In this document: one piece after another, positions 9,136-17,077 of the stretch
Layout of the letters: each line of letters opens with the position of its first letter
Numbering within the stretch: position 1 is the first letter of the stretch
Notes under the pieces: model-generated
What the model saw: only the letters and a program-made list of their open reading frames with translations
Database searches by the model: none
Told to the model about the DNA's origin: nothing
Translations under genes and position numbers: made by a program
Assembly: GCF_017876815.1 (NCBI RefSeq)
Contig: NZ_JAGIOS010000001.1
Span: 3,090,001-3,122,000 of the forward strand
From: Sinorhizobium meliloti
Lineage (GTDB): Bacteria; Pseudomonadota; Alphaproteobacteria; Rhizobiales; Rhizobiaceae
Length of the DNA: 32,000 bases
Direction: 5' to 3'

Positions 9136-9757
9136 GGAGCAGCTGCAGGCGTTGCGGGCGGCGATCTCGGTCTGTCGCCGGTGCCGTGACGAGCCGGCGC
9201 GCGGCGAAGGCCACCGGCTGCCGCACGAGCCGAGGCCGGTGGCGGTGCTTTCCGCGTCGGCTCGGATTCTGATCGCCGGGCAGGCGCCCGGCCTGCGGGT
9301 CCATGAAAGCGGTCTTCCCTTCAACGATGCTTCGGGCGATCGGCTGCGGCAATGGCTGTCGGTGGACCGGGCGGCATTCTACGATCAGCGAAACTTCGCG
9401 ATCGTGCCGATGGGTTTCTGTTTTCCGGGCTACGACAGACACGGCAGCGACCTGCCGCCGAGAAGCGAATGTGCGCCGCTGTGGCGGCAGAGGGCGATGG
9501 ACGCGATGCCGCAGATCGAGCTGGTGCTGGCGGTCGGCCATTACGCGCAGCGCTGGCATCTCGGAACGGACTGTCCGAAATCCATGACGGAGACCGTGCG
9601 CAACTGGCAACGCTACGCGAAACGCAATTCCGGCATCTCCGTATTGCCGCTGCCGCATCCGAGCTGGCGCAATACCGGCTGGCTCCGGCGTCATCCCTGG
9701 TTCGAGGCCGAGCTGCTGCCCTTCCTGCGTGAACGGGTGCAGGCGCTGACGATCTGA
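9128..9757 (+). CDS. Uracil-DNA glycosylase superfamily protein
   Basis: GQAPG motif (ILIAGQAPGLRVHESGLPFNDASGDRL) and a C-terminal LPLPHPSWRN motif. GTG 9128 overlaps the nuclease stop (GTGACTGA). Confidence 0.8.
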   Translation: MTEEQLQALRAAISVCRRCRDEPARGEGHRLPHEPRPVAVLSASARILIAGQAPGLRVHESGLPFNDASGDRLRQWLSVDRAAFYDQRNFAIVPMGFCFPGYDRHGSDLPPRSECAPLWRQRAMDAMPQIELVLAVGHYAQRWHLGTDCPKSMTETVRNWQRYAKRNSGISVLPLPHPSWRNTGWLRRHPWFEAELLPFLRERVQALTI

Positions 9758-9821
9758 AACAATTTTCTTTATTTTCATAAATCCCGCGCTATGAAGGGAA
9801 AAATATTCGAGAGGACTTTCC

Positions 9822-10310
9822 ATGGATCGCCTAGACCGCAAGATCCTGCGGCTTTTGCAGGAAGACTCGACCTTGGCCGTAGCCGACCTCGCAAAAAAGG
9901 TCGGGCTTTCCACCACGCCATGCTGGCGGCGCATCCAAAAGATGGAAGAGGAGGGCGTGATCCGCCGCCGTGTCGCGCTTCTCGATCCGGTGAAGGTCAA
10001 CACCAAGGTCACCGTATTCGTGTCCGTGCGCACCAATTCGCATTCCATGGAGTGGCTGCGGCGGTTTTCCGAAGTCGTGGCGGATTTTCCGGAAGTGGTG
10101 GAATTCTATCGTATGAGCGGCGACGTGGATTATCTCCTGCGCGTGGTCGTTCCGGATATCGCGGCCTATGATGCCTTCTACAAGCGTCTGATCGCCAAGA
10201 TCGAGATCCGCGACGTTTCCTCGGCCTTCGCCATGGAGCAGATCAAATATACGACGCAGCTGCCGCTCGATTACATGGTCATCGACCAGGCAAAATCGAG
10301 CGAGGATTAG
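9822..10310 (+). CDS. Lrp/AsnC-family transcriptional regulator
   Basis: MDRLDRKILRLLQEDSTLAVADLAKKVGLSTTPCWRRIQKMEEEGVI HTH followed by an RAM/AsnC_trans_reg C-terminal domain. AT-rich upstream region with a GAGAGGA SD. Confidence 0.9.
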   Translation: MDRLDRKILRLLQEDSTLAVADLAKKVGLSTTPCWRRIQKMEEEGVIRRRVALLDPVKVNTKVTVFVSVRTNSHSMEWLRRFSEVVADFPEVVEFYRMSGDVDYLLRVVVPDIAAYDAFYKRLIAKIEIRDVSSAFAMEQIKYTTQLPLDYMVIDQAKSSED

Positions 10311-10354
10311 AAGACCGGGTCGTTATCCCCGGGTCCAGCCCGGGTAGGCGACCT

Positions 10355-11051
10355 TCATGCGGGAAGCCCCAGTCGCTCGCGGACCTTGCCGTTCGTCAGT
10401 TCGCGGAGCGCGTCCTTGCCGGTCCATCGTGCCGTGCGGTCCGTGCTGGCCGCGAGCTTTTGCGCGAGCGCCAGGGCCGGGCCGTGGCAGGCGGGGCTGC
10501 GCTTGCCGATCTGCCTGAGTGCCCAGTTGACCGACTTCTTCACGAAGTTGCGCTCGTCGGCCGCATGAGTCTCGATCAGCGGCAGCCAGGCAAGCAGCGT
10601 CGAATCCGGTTCCTTCTTGAGATGCACGGCGGCTGTTGCGATCATCGCGAAGGCCAGGCGGCGGACGAATTCCCGCTCATCGGCGGCGAATTCAGGAATG
10701 AGGACTTGCTCGAGGCGCGCTGCGACGAAGAGGTCGGCAACGGTATCGACCACTTCCCAGGAGTTGCAGGCATTCGCCCATTGCCGCGCTTCAGCGAGCG
10801 TCAGCGCCTTCGGGTCCGCGGTGAACGCTGCCAGCAGACGTGCTTCGCGGATGCCGGAAGTCCAGAGGTCGAGCGCGGGCATGGTCGGTCTTTACCATGC
10901 GGGCGACGCGGCGAAGCTGGACGTTCGAAAGCCCCAGGGCGGTTTCGGTCGCAATGCCGAAGCGCGCCATGCCGGCGATGTTTTCGTCCGAGCCGAGGGC
11001 GCGGAGGTGTTCGATGATCTCTTCCGCCGTCGACGCCGGACCAGGCGTCAT
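10355..11051 (-). pseudogene. DNA alkylation repair protein (AlkD-like HEAT-repeat family), split by a 1-nt frameshift
   Basis: Track ORFs 10791..11051 and 10355..10882 are the N- and C-terminal parts of one family member (...LRRVARMVKTDHA | ALDLWTSGIREARLLA...NFVKKSVNWALRQIGKRS). The frames differ by 1 nt and the switch is at about 10875-10882, next to a CCC run. Confidence 0.7.
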
Positions 11052-11917
11052 TTTTCGAGGCGGGCCAGCAGGGAAGACGTATCCCAGCGATTGCCGCCGA
11101 GCGCCTGGATGTCGCCGTAGAACTGGTCGACGAGGGCAGTCACCGGAAGCTTGGCGCCGTTGTGCCGGGCCTCGGCGAGGACGATATCCAGATCCTTGCG
11201 CATCCAGTCGACCGCGAAGCCGAAGTCATACTTGCCTTCGTTCATGGTCTTGTGGCGATTTTCCATCTGCCAGGAACCGGCCGCTCCCTTGGAGATGACC
11301 TCGATCACCTTCTCGATGTCGAGCCCTGCTTTCTTGCCGAAATGGATTCCCTCTGCGAGCCCCTGGACGAGCCCTGCGATACAGATCTGATTGATCATCT
11401 TGGTGAGTTGGCCGGCGCCGGCGGGGCCCATCAAACCGACCATCCGGGCATAGGCTTCGATGACGGGCTTGGCCTTGTCGAAGGCTCCCGCATCGCCCCC
11501 GCACATGACGGTGAGCACGCCGTTTTCCGCTCCGGCCTGTCCGCCGGAGACCGGCGCATCGATGAAATGCGCACCCTTCGCCGCCGCCGCCGCATAGAGC
11601 TCGCGCGCAACCGCGGCCGATGCCGTCGTGTTGTCGATGAAGACCGACCCGGGTGCCATCGTTTCGAAGGCGCCGTTCTCTCCCGTGGTTACGGAGCGGA
11701 GGTCGTCGTCGTTGCCGACGCAGGCGAAGACGAAATCCTGGTCCTTGGCCGCCCCGGCCGGCGTTGCCGCGGTCCGGCCGCCGAATGCCGCTGCCCATTG
11801 CTCCGCCTTGGCGGCGGTCCGGTTATAGACCGTGACATCGTGCCCGCCGCGGGCCTTGAGATGACCGGCCATCGGGTATCCCATTACGCCGAGACCGATG
11901 AATGCGACTTTGGCCAT
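11048..11917 (-). CDS. NAD(P)-dependent beta-hydroxyacid dehydrogenase (3-hydroxyisobutyrate dehydrogenase / 2-hydroxy-3-oxopropionate reductase family)
   Basis: N-terminal Rossmann KVAFIGLGVMGYPMAGHL, 289 aa, and a family-typical central DAPVSGG motif. Confidence 0.9.
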   Translation of the reverse strand: MAKVAFIGLGVMGYPMAGHLKARGGHDVTVYNRTAAKAEQWAAAFGGRTAATPAGAAKDQDFVFACVGNDDDLRSVTTGENGAFETMAPGSVFIDNTTASAAVARELYAAAAAKGAHFIDAPVSGGQAGAENGVLTVMCGGDAGAFDKAKPVIEAYARMVGLMGPAGAGQLTKMINQICIAGLVQGLAEGIHFGKKAGLDIEKVIEVISKGAAGSWQMENRHKTMNEGKYDFGFAVDWMRKDLDIVLAEARHNGAKLPVTALVDQFYGDIQALGGNRWDTSSLLARLEK

Positions 11918-11984
11918 TTCCTTGAGACTCCGTTTGCGATGGCATGTTCCGCCCGACGATAGCCGCGGTCGCAGCAGCCTTCAA

Positions 11985-12812
11985 TCAGGGTTTGAAGCGG
12001 GCGATCACCAATTGGCCGGCAATCGGCTCGCCTTCCTCCATGCGCACCGTGATGTCGGTGATGTCAACGATCTCGAACCCGGTCGCCGCCAGGCGTTCGC
12101 GCAGGTAGGTCTCCGAGTGGGCGAAGCGCTGGTGCGGTCCGACGGCGAAGCCTTGCCCCGCCGGAGTCTCGTCCGGCAGGCTCTCGCTCGAGAAGATCAG
12201 GAGCCCGCCCGGCACCATGTTGTCAACCGCGCCGAAGAACAGCGGCTCCAATGCGCCGATATAGGGCAGGACGTCGGTTGCGGCGATCAGGTCGAACGGT
12301 TCGTCGTCATTGTCGTCGAGAAAATCGACCGCCTCTGCAACATAGAGCGTCTCGTAGAGGTCCTTCTCATGGGCGATCTCCACCATGTTTTCCGAAAGGT
12401 CCACGCCGGTTATGTCTTCCGCCATGTCGCGCAGCGCACCTCCGGTCAGCCCGGTGCCGCAGCCAAGATCGAGGACGCGCTTGAACGGTCCGAGCCCGAG
12501 CGCCTGAATCCGCTGGCGCACGAGCAGTGGCACGCAATAGTGGAGCTGGTCGACGAGAACATTGTCGAAGACGTCGGCGTGCTGATCGAAGAGCGTTGCC
12601 ACATAGGCGTCCGAAGCCTTGAGCGGCGTCTCGCCGCGGCCCATCGATGCCAGCCGAACGGCGGCACCGCCGTGGTCCTCCGGGTCGATTTCCAGAACTT
12701 CCCGATAGGCGGCGGCGGCCGCGTCGAAATGCCCGGACTTCTCCAAGGCAAGCGCGCGGTTATAGGCCTCTGCGAGGGCTTCCTCGTCGATCTTCTTGAT
12801 TTTCTGCGTCAT
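11985..12812 (-). CDS. Class I SAM-dependent methyltransferase with an N-terminal TPR-like segment
   Basis: Motif I VLDLGCGTGLTG and post-I ITGVDLSENM. N-terminal AEAYNRALALEKSGHFDAAAAAYREVLEIDP. Confidence 0.85.
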   Translation of the reverse strand: MTQKIKKIDEEALAEAYNRALALEKSGHFDAAAAAYREVLEIDPEDHGGAAVRLASMGRGETPLKASDAYVATLFDQHADVFDNVLVDQLHYCVPLLVRQRIQALGLGPFKRVLDLGCGTGLTGGALRDMAEDITGVDLSENMVEIAHEKDLYETLYVAEAVDFLDDNDDEPFDLIAATDVLPYIGALEPLFFGAVDNMVPGGLLIFSSESLPDETPAGQGFAVGPHQRFAHSETYLRERLAATGFEIVDITDITVRMEEGEPIAGQLVIARFKP

Positions 12813-13056
12813 GGGCGCTTCTTACGACCCCCGGCGGCCTTTGACAATCGCCGGTCGCGGCCGTTCCTGTAAGTGGCCCCCGATTCCTGCGGAGTCATAA
12901 GATCTCGCGGCGCGAGGGAGGGTCTCCCGAGTGAGCAGAATAATGGGAACAATCGCCTGCGGCAAAGATTTTGACCAGGTCGGGGCGCGCGGCATTTAAC
13001 CTTGATCGAAAAGGAGTCATCATTCCTAAAAGAATGAAAAATCCGGAGGAATGCCG

Positions 13057-13782
13057 ATGTCTGCCGAATTGAGCCCGTTGACATTGGAAACGGAGATACC
13101 GGAGCGGCAAACGCCGCCTCTGCCGCAGACACCGCAGGAGACGATCAACGCGATCATCCACTATTATCGCGGCGAAATCGGGCGGATGGCCGGTTGGCGG
13201 GACCGCATAGACCGAACATCGAACTGGGCGATCACCGTGGTCGCAGCGATGCTTTCGGTTTCGCTCTCGACGCCGTCGTCCCATCACGGTGTCCTTCTCT
13301 TCGCCATGCTGCTCATCAGCCTGTTGCTGCTGATTGAAGCGCGGCGTTACCGTTTCTTCGACGTTTATCGTGCCCGCGTGCGCCAGATGGAACGCGGCTA
13401 CTTCGCGCAGATCCTGTGCCCTGAAGGCACGCCGAGCTTCAGATGGTCGGTGTCGGTCGCCAAGAGCCTGCGCCAGCCGGCTTTCCTGATGGGCTACAGG
13501 GAGGCCCTCTGCCGGCGGTTGCAGCGCAATTATTGCTGGATGTACCTGATCCTGCTCCTGGCATGGGCACTGAAGATTTCCTCCCCGAAGATTTCGAGCA
13601 CGGGAGAGCCCTTCGGCCATGTCCGTTCCTGGGCCGATGTTGCCGAGAACGCCGCTCTCGGTCCGGTGCCGGGCGTTGCCGTGGCGATTGGCGTCGCGCT
13701 CTTCTATGCGGTCGTGCTCTACGGTTCCCTCCACAGGGCGACAGGCGCCGGCGAATTGGCTCATGGCGAGGTTCATGTCTGA
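13057..13782 (+). CDS. DUF2270 family integral membrane protein
   Basis: IIHYYRGEIGRMAGWRDRIDRTSNWAI...LLIEARRYRFFDVYRARVRQMERGYFAQIL matches the DUF2270 pattern. GGAGGA at 13045-13050 fits ATG 13057 better than the track ATG at 13051. Confidence 0.8.
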   Translation: MSAELSPLTLETEIPERQTPPLPQTPQETINAIIHYYRGEIGRMAGWRDRIDRTSNWAITVVAAMLSVSLSTPSSHHGVLLFAMLLISLLLLIEARRYRFFDVYRARVRQMERGYFAQILCPEGTPSFRWSVSVAKSLRQPAFLMGYREALCRRLQRNYCWMYLILLLAWALKISSPKISSTGEPFGHVRSWADVAENAALGPVPGVAVAIGVALFYAVVLYGSLHRATGAGELAHGEVHV

Positions 13783-13901
13783 GACGCTGCGTGCGCCGCT
13801 GCGCCGCATTGCTGATGCCGCCTTCAGAAATTCTCATTTGATGCCGGCGCGCAGGCCTGCTTCAACTGCGCTTCTCTCGGTCATGCCAAAAGGAGCACAA
13901 G

Positions 13902-14606
13902 ATGAGCGAACAGAAGGTGGCGATCGTCACGGCCGGCGGTTCCGGCATGGGGGCCGGGGCGGCACGGCGGATGGCGGCAGAGGGCTACAGGGTTGCAATC
14001 CTTTCTTCGTCCGGCAAGGGCGAGGCGCTCGCAAAGGAACTCGGCGGTATCGGCGTCACCGGATCGAATCAGTCGAACGACGATCTGAAGCGGCTCGTCG
14101 ATACGGCCTATGACGCCTGGGGGCGCGTGGACGCGCTGATCAATTCGGCAGGCCATGGCCCGCGGGCTCCGGTGCTCGAACTCACCGACGAGGAATGGCA
14201 CCGGGGGATGGATGTCTATTTCCTCAATGTCGTGCGGCCGACCCGGCTGGTGACGCCGATCATGGTGGAGCAGAAATCCGGCAGCATCGTCAATATTTCC
14301 ACCTACGCTGCCTTTGAACCCGACCCATTGTTTCCAACGTCGGGGGTCTTCCGTTCCGGGCTTGCGGCTTTCACCAAACTCTTTGCCGACCGGTATGCCG
14401 CCGACAATATCCGCATGAACAATGTTCTGCCCGGCTTTATCGACAGTCTGCCTGAAACGGAGGAACGCCGTCGGCGGATTCCGATGGGACGCTACGGCGC
14501 ATCGGAGGAGGTGGCCGAGTTGATCGCGCTGCTCGCAAGCGACCGCGGAGGCTATATCACCGGCCAGAACATCCGTATCGACGGCGGCATCACCCGATCC
14601 GTCTGA
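13902..14606 (+). CDS. SDR-family (short-chain dehydrogenase/reductase) oxidoreductase
   Basis: VAIVTAGGSGMGAGAA cofactor motif, NSAG, C-terminal YITGQNIRIDGG. AAAGGAG SD upstream. Confidence 0.9.
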   Translation: MSEQKVAIVTAGGSGMGAGAARRMAAEGYRVAILSSSGKGEALAKELGGIGVTGSNQSNDDLKRLVDTAYDAWGRVDALINSAGHGPRAPVLELTDEEWHRGMDVYFLNVVRPTRLVTPIMVEQKSGSIVNISTYAAFEPDPLFPTSGVFRSGLAAFTKLFADRYAADNIRMNNVLPGFIDSLPETEERRRRIPMGRYGASEEVAELIALLASDRGGYITGQNIRIDGGITRSV

Positions 14607-14699
14607 CCCATCCGACAACGACGTGCACCGGAACCTGGAGCAGGATGAGGAAAAATGTGTGCGGTTTTCCGCCTGCATCCCGCGCCAATTTCTTGAATC

Positions 14700-14747
14700 G
14701 ATCACGTTCATGTTTTTAGGTCGACCCGACCTGAAAACATCGTGATC
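14700..14747. repeat. Long imperfect palindrome (REP/RIME-like element) in the convergent SDR/usg spacer
   Basis: Left arm GATCACGTTCATGTTTTTAGGTCG (14700-14723) pairs with CGACCTGAAAACATCGTGATC (14727-14747), with one 3-nt bulge and one mismatch. The flanking GAAAAATGTGTGCGGTTTTCCGCC at about 14650-14673 resembles a recurrent rhizobial intergenic motif (from memory). Confidence 0.55.
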
Positions 14748-15013
14748 TAGTGGACGATAAACTCTCCCTTGAGAGCCCGCCATTCGGACGCCGAGATCAA
14801 CTTCCGGTGCACATAGCGTACCGAATGCAGCGGGCCGTCCAGCTTCTCCTGCCAGAATTTGAGGAAGCTGTGCATTTCCGGAAAGTCCGGCGCGATGTCG
14901 TAGTGTTGCCAGATGTATGTCTGCAGGAAAGCCGGGTGGTCGGGCATCCGATAAAGTATCTGAGCCGTCGTCAGCCCGTAACCCTTGAGCTGCAGTTCCA
15001 TGTCGTTCGTCAT
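14747..15013 (-). CDS. usg: Usg-family small protein
   Basis: LKGYGLTTAQILYRMPDHPAFLQTYIWQHYDIAPDFPEMHSFLKFWQEKLDGPLHSVRYVHRKLISASEWR matches my recollection of the Usg-like family (PF06233). ATG 15013 has a GAGG SD; the track start at 15031 is a GTG. Confidence 0.65.
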   Translation of the reverse strand: MTNDMELQLKGYGLTTAQILYRMPDHPAFLQTYIWQHYDIAPDFPEMHSFLKFWQEKLDGPLHSVRYVHRKLISASEWRALKGEFIVH

Positions 15014-15055
15014 GCGGACCTCACTTTTCACAAAGGTTGGTCTCTATGATGGAGC

Positions 15056-15080
15056 GCTTGATTGCTTAATCAAGCCTTAA
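15056..15080. promoter_or_regulatory. TTAA-N7-TTAA (CtrA-box-like) motif overlapping an 8-bp perfect inverted repeat upstream of usg
   Basis: TTAA(15066-15069)-TCAAGCC-TTAA(15077-15080). The inverted repeat is GCTTGATT(15056-15063)-GCTT-AATCAAGC(15068-15075). It lies about 45-65 nt upstream of the usg start. Confidence 0.4.
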
Positions 15081-15107
15081 TGTAGGTGAATAAAGCGAGA
15101 AATCTCT

Positions 15108-15154
15108 TACAAAAACAACCGCTTGGCAGCACATGACGGCGAGTGCTGCCAAGC
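15108..15154 (-). terminator. Rho-independent terminator ending the amino-acid ABC importer operon
   Basis: Perfect 12-bp stem GCTTGGCAGCAC / GTGCTGCCAAGC (15121-15132 and 15143-15154) with a 10-nt loop. On the minus strand it is followed by GGTTGTTTTTGTA. It lies 31 nt after the hisM-like stop. Confidence 0.85.
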
Positions 15155-15184
15155 TACGGGAATACGGCCTGCGGCCAAACGCGT

Positions 15185-16015
15185 TTAGCGCTTCAGATGG
15201 CGGGTCAGGCGGGCTTCCAGCCAGCCCCAGATGTTGCGCAGCAATTCCACCATCAGCAGATAGAGGATCGCCGCCCAGATATACATCTGGTAGTCGAAGG
15301 TCCGGGAGAAAGCGCGCCGCGTCTCACCCATGAGATCGAAGACCGTGACGATCGCCACGATTGCCGAGCCCTTGATCATCAGGATGATTTCGTTGCCGTA
15401 GGGGCGCAGCGCTACGATCATCGCCTGGGGCAGAATGACCTTGAAGAAGGCTACGCGTTCCGGCAGGCCGAGCGCGGCGGCCCCCTCGCGCTGGCCGCGC
15501 GGCACGCTTTCGATGGCGCCGCGCAGGATTTCCGCCTGATAGGCGGCGGTGTTCAGAGTGAAGGTGAAGAGCGCGCAGTTCCAGGCATCGCGGAAGAACC
15601 ACCACAGTCCAACGGTTTCGAGCTGCGGACGGAAGCTGCCGAGCCCGTAATAGATGAGGAAGAGCTGGGTGATGAGCGGCGTGCCGCGGAAGAAATAGAC
15701 ATAGGCATAGGCGAGCCAGCCCCAGAGCCTGTTCTTCGACATGCGCCCGAGCGCCACGGGCAGCGAAAGGACGGCGCCCATGAGAATCGACGAGATGACG
15801 AGTGTCAGCGTTACTCCGAGGCCGGAGAGGAAACTCGGTCCGTAGCGGGAGAATTTTTCCGGGTCCCAGCCATTGACGACCGTCAGGAAGATGCCGACGC
15901 CGAGCGCCAGCCAGATGCCGAGCGCCACACTGCCGAAAAAGCGCGAGAAGGTGTAGGGCTTCGGCGGGGAGGGCGGCGGCGCCTGCGGCGGGATCATGGT
16001 CTCGGCAATGCTCAT
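15185..16015 (-). CDS. Polar amino-acid ABC transporter permease (HisM-like)
   Basis: 276 aa, multi-TM, with an EAA-type loop (GAIESVPRGQREGAAALGL). ATGA overlap with the upstream permease gene. Confidence 0.9.
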   Translation of the reverse strand: MSIAETMIPPQAPPPSPPKPYTFSRFFGSVALGIWLALGVGIFLTVVNGWDPEKFSRYGPSFLSGLGVTLTLVISSILMGAVLSLPVALGRMSKNRLWGWLAYAYVYFFRGTPLITQLFLIYYGLGSFRPQLETVGLWWFFRDAWNCALFTFTLNTAAYQAEILRGAIESVPRGQREGAAALGLPERVAFFKVILPQAMIVALRPYGNEIILMIKGSAIVAIVTVFDLMGETRRAFSRTFDYQMYIWAAILYLLMVELLRNIWGWLEARLTRHLKR

Positions 16016-16815
16016 CGGCCCGCCTCCGCGCGTTTGGTCGAGCGCTCGAGCGCCGAGAATACGACGGAGGAAATCATCGCCAGGACGAGGAAGAGAACGC
16101 AGGCGATGCCGAAGAACTCGAAGGCATGCTTGGTGACGCGCGCCGCGATCCCGGTTTGCCGGAGAATGTCCGGAAGGCCGATGACCGAGACAAGGGCGGT
16201 ATCCTTGAGCAGCGCCATCCAGAGATTGCCGAGGCCGGGCAGCGCGATTCGGATGAGCTGCGGCAGGATGATGAGGCGCATCGTCTTGCCCCGGTGCAGC
16301 CCGAGCGCGTCACCGGCTTCGTACTGCCCGTGAGGAATGGCCTTGAAGGCCGAAAGCAGCACCTCGGAGCAATAGGCCGAAAACACCACTCCGAGTGCGA
16401 TCATTCCCGCTACGAAGGCATTGATCTCGACCGCTCCCTCATAGCCGACCGTCGCGAGGAACTGTTGAACCAGGATCTGCAGGCCGTAATAGACGATGAA
16501 AAGCGTGAGGAGTTCCGGCAGGCCCCGAAAAATCGTCGTATAGATGTTGCCCGCCAGTCGCAGGGATTTTTCCTCAGATTGCTTGGCGAGCGCGACGAAG
16601 AAGCCGATGACCAAGCCCACCGGAAGCGTTGCGACCGCGAGACTGGCGGTGACCAGGAAGCCATAGGCGATTTCATCGCCCCAACCCGCGTCTCCGCATG
16701 CAAGTAGCGTTCCCGAGCCGAACCAGCGAAAGATCCCCGCGGGACCGCATAGCGGATCGATGATCGCACCGATCCAGGCGAGACCGGCGGAAAGGGCGGC
16801 AAACAGTCCGCTCAT
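16012..16815 (-). CDS. Polar amino-acid ABC transporter permease (HisQ-like)
   Basis: 267 aa, multi-TM, with an EAA loop (SAFKAIPHGQYEAGDALGL). Confidence 0.9.
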   Translation of the reverse strand: MSGLFAALSAGLAWIGAIIDPLCGPAGIFRWFGSGTLLACGDAGWGDEIAYGFLVTASLAVATLPVGLVIGFFVALAKQSEEKSLRLAGNIYTTIFRGLPELLTLFIVYYGLQILVQQFLATVGYEGAVEINAFVAGMIALGVVFSAYCSEVLLSAFKAIPHGQYEAGDALGLHRGKTMRLIILPQLIRIALPGLGNLWMALLKDTALVSVIGLPDILRQTGIAARVTKHAFEFFGIACVLFLVLAMISSVVFSALERSTKRAEAGR

Positions 16816-16896
16816 GCCAATAATTCCCCGTACCGTTTTTGGCGTCTACTGCATGTTTGCTGTAATCGTAAATAACCAAACGACAAACCATGCAGC

Positions 16897-16950
16897 AACT
16901 TAAAGGGTTACAGCCGCCTTTGCGCACCTATAGGACGCGAGACGCTGTAG
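16897..16950. repeat. Imperfect palindromic element in the SBP-permease spacer
   Basis: CTTAAAGGGTTACAGCCGCCTTTGCGCACCTATAGGACGCGAGACGCTGTAGAC. The TACAGC...GCTGTA outer arms and GCGC/GCG inner arms pair imperfectly. It resembles a recurrent rhizobial intergenic repeat (from memory). Confidence 0.4.
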
Positions 16951-16974
16951 ACGCTTATTTTCGAGATTCCTTGT

Positions 16975-17010
16975 CAAACAAAAACGGCGGAAGGGCAAGC
17001 CCGTCCGCCG
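16975..17010 (-). terminator. Rho-independent terminator/attenuator between the SBP gene and the permease genes
   Basis: The minus strand reads CGGCGGACGGGCTTGCCCTTCCGCCG followed by TTTTTGTTTG, about 70 nt downstream of the SBP stop. Confidence 0.8.
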
Positions 17011-17077
17011 TTGCATTTTTCTCATCAACCGAGATTTTCCCGGCATTAAAGCCGGATACTCGCAGGAAACGCTGCGA

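Noticed and set aside
12895-13809. 304-aa minus-strand ORF opposite the DUF2270 gene
   Set aside because: The plus-strand product matches the DUF2270 pattern and has an SD. The minus-strand product is Arg-rich with no motif.
15143-16333. 396-aa plus-strand ORF opposite the two permease genes
   Set aside because: It is antisense to clear ABC permeases and is a highly charged, low-complexity translation.
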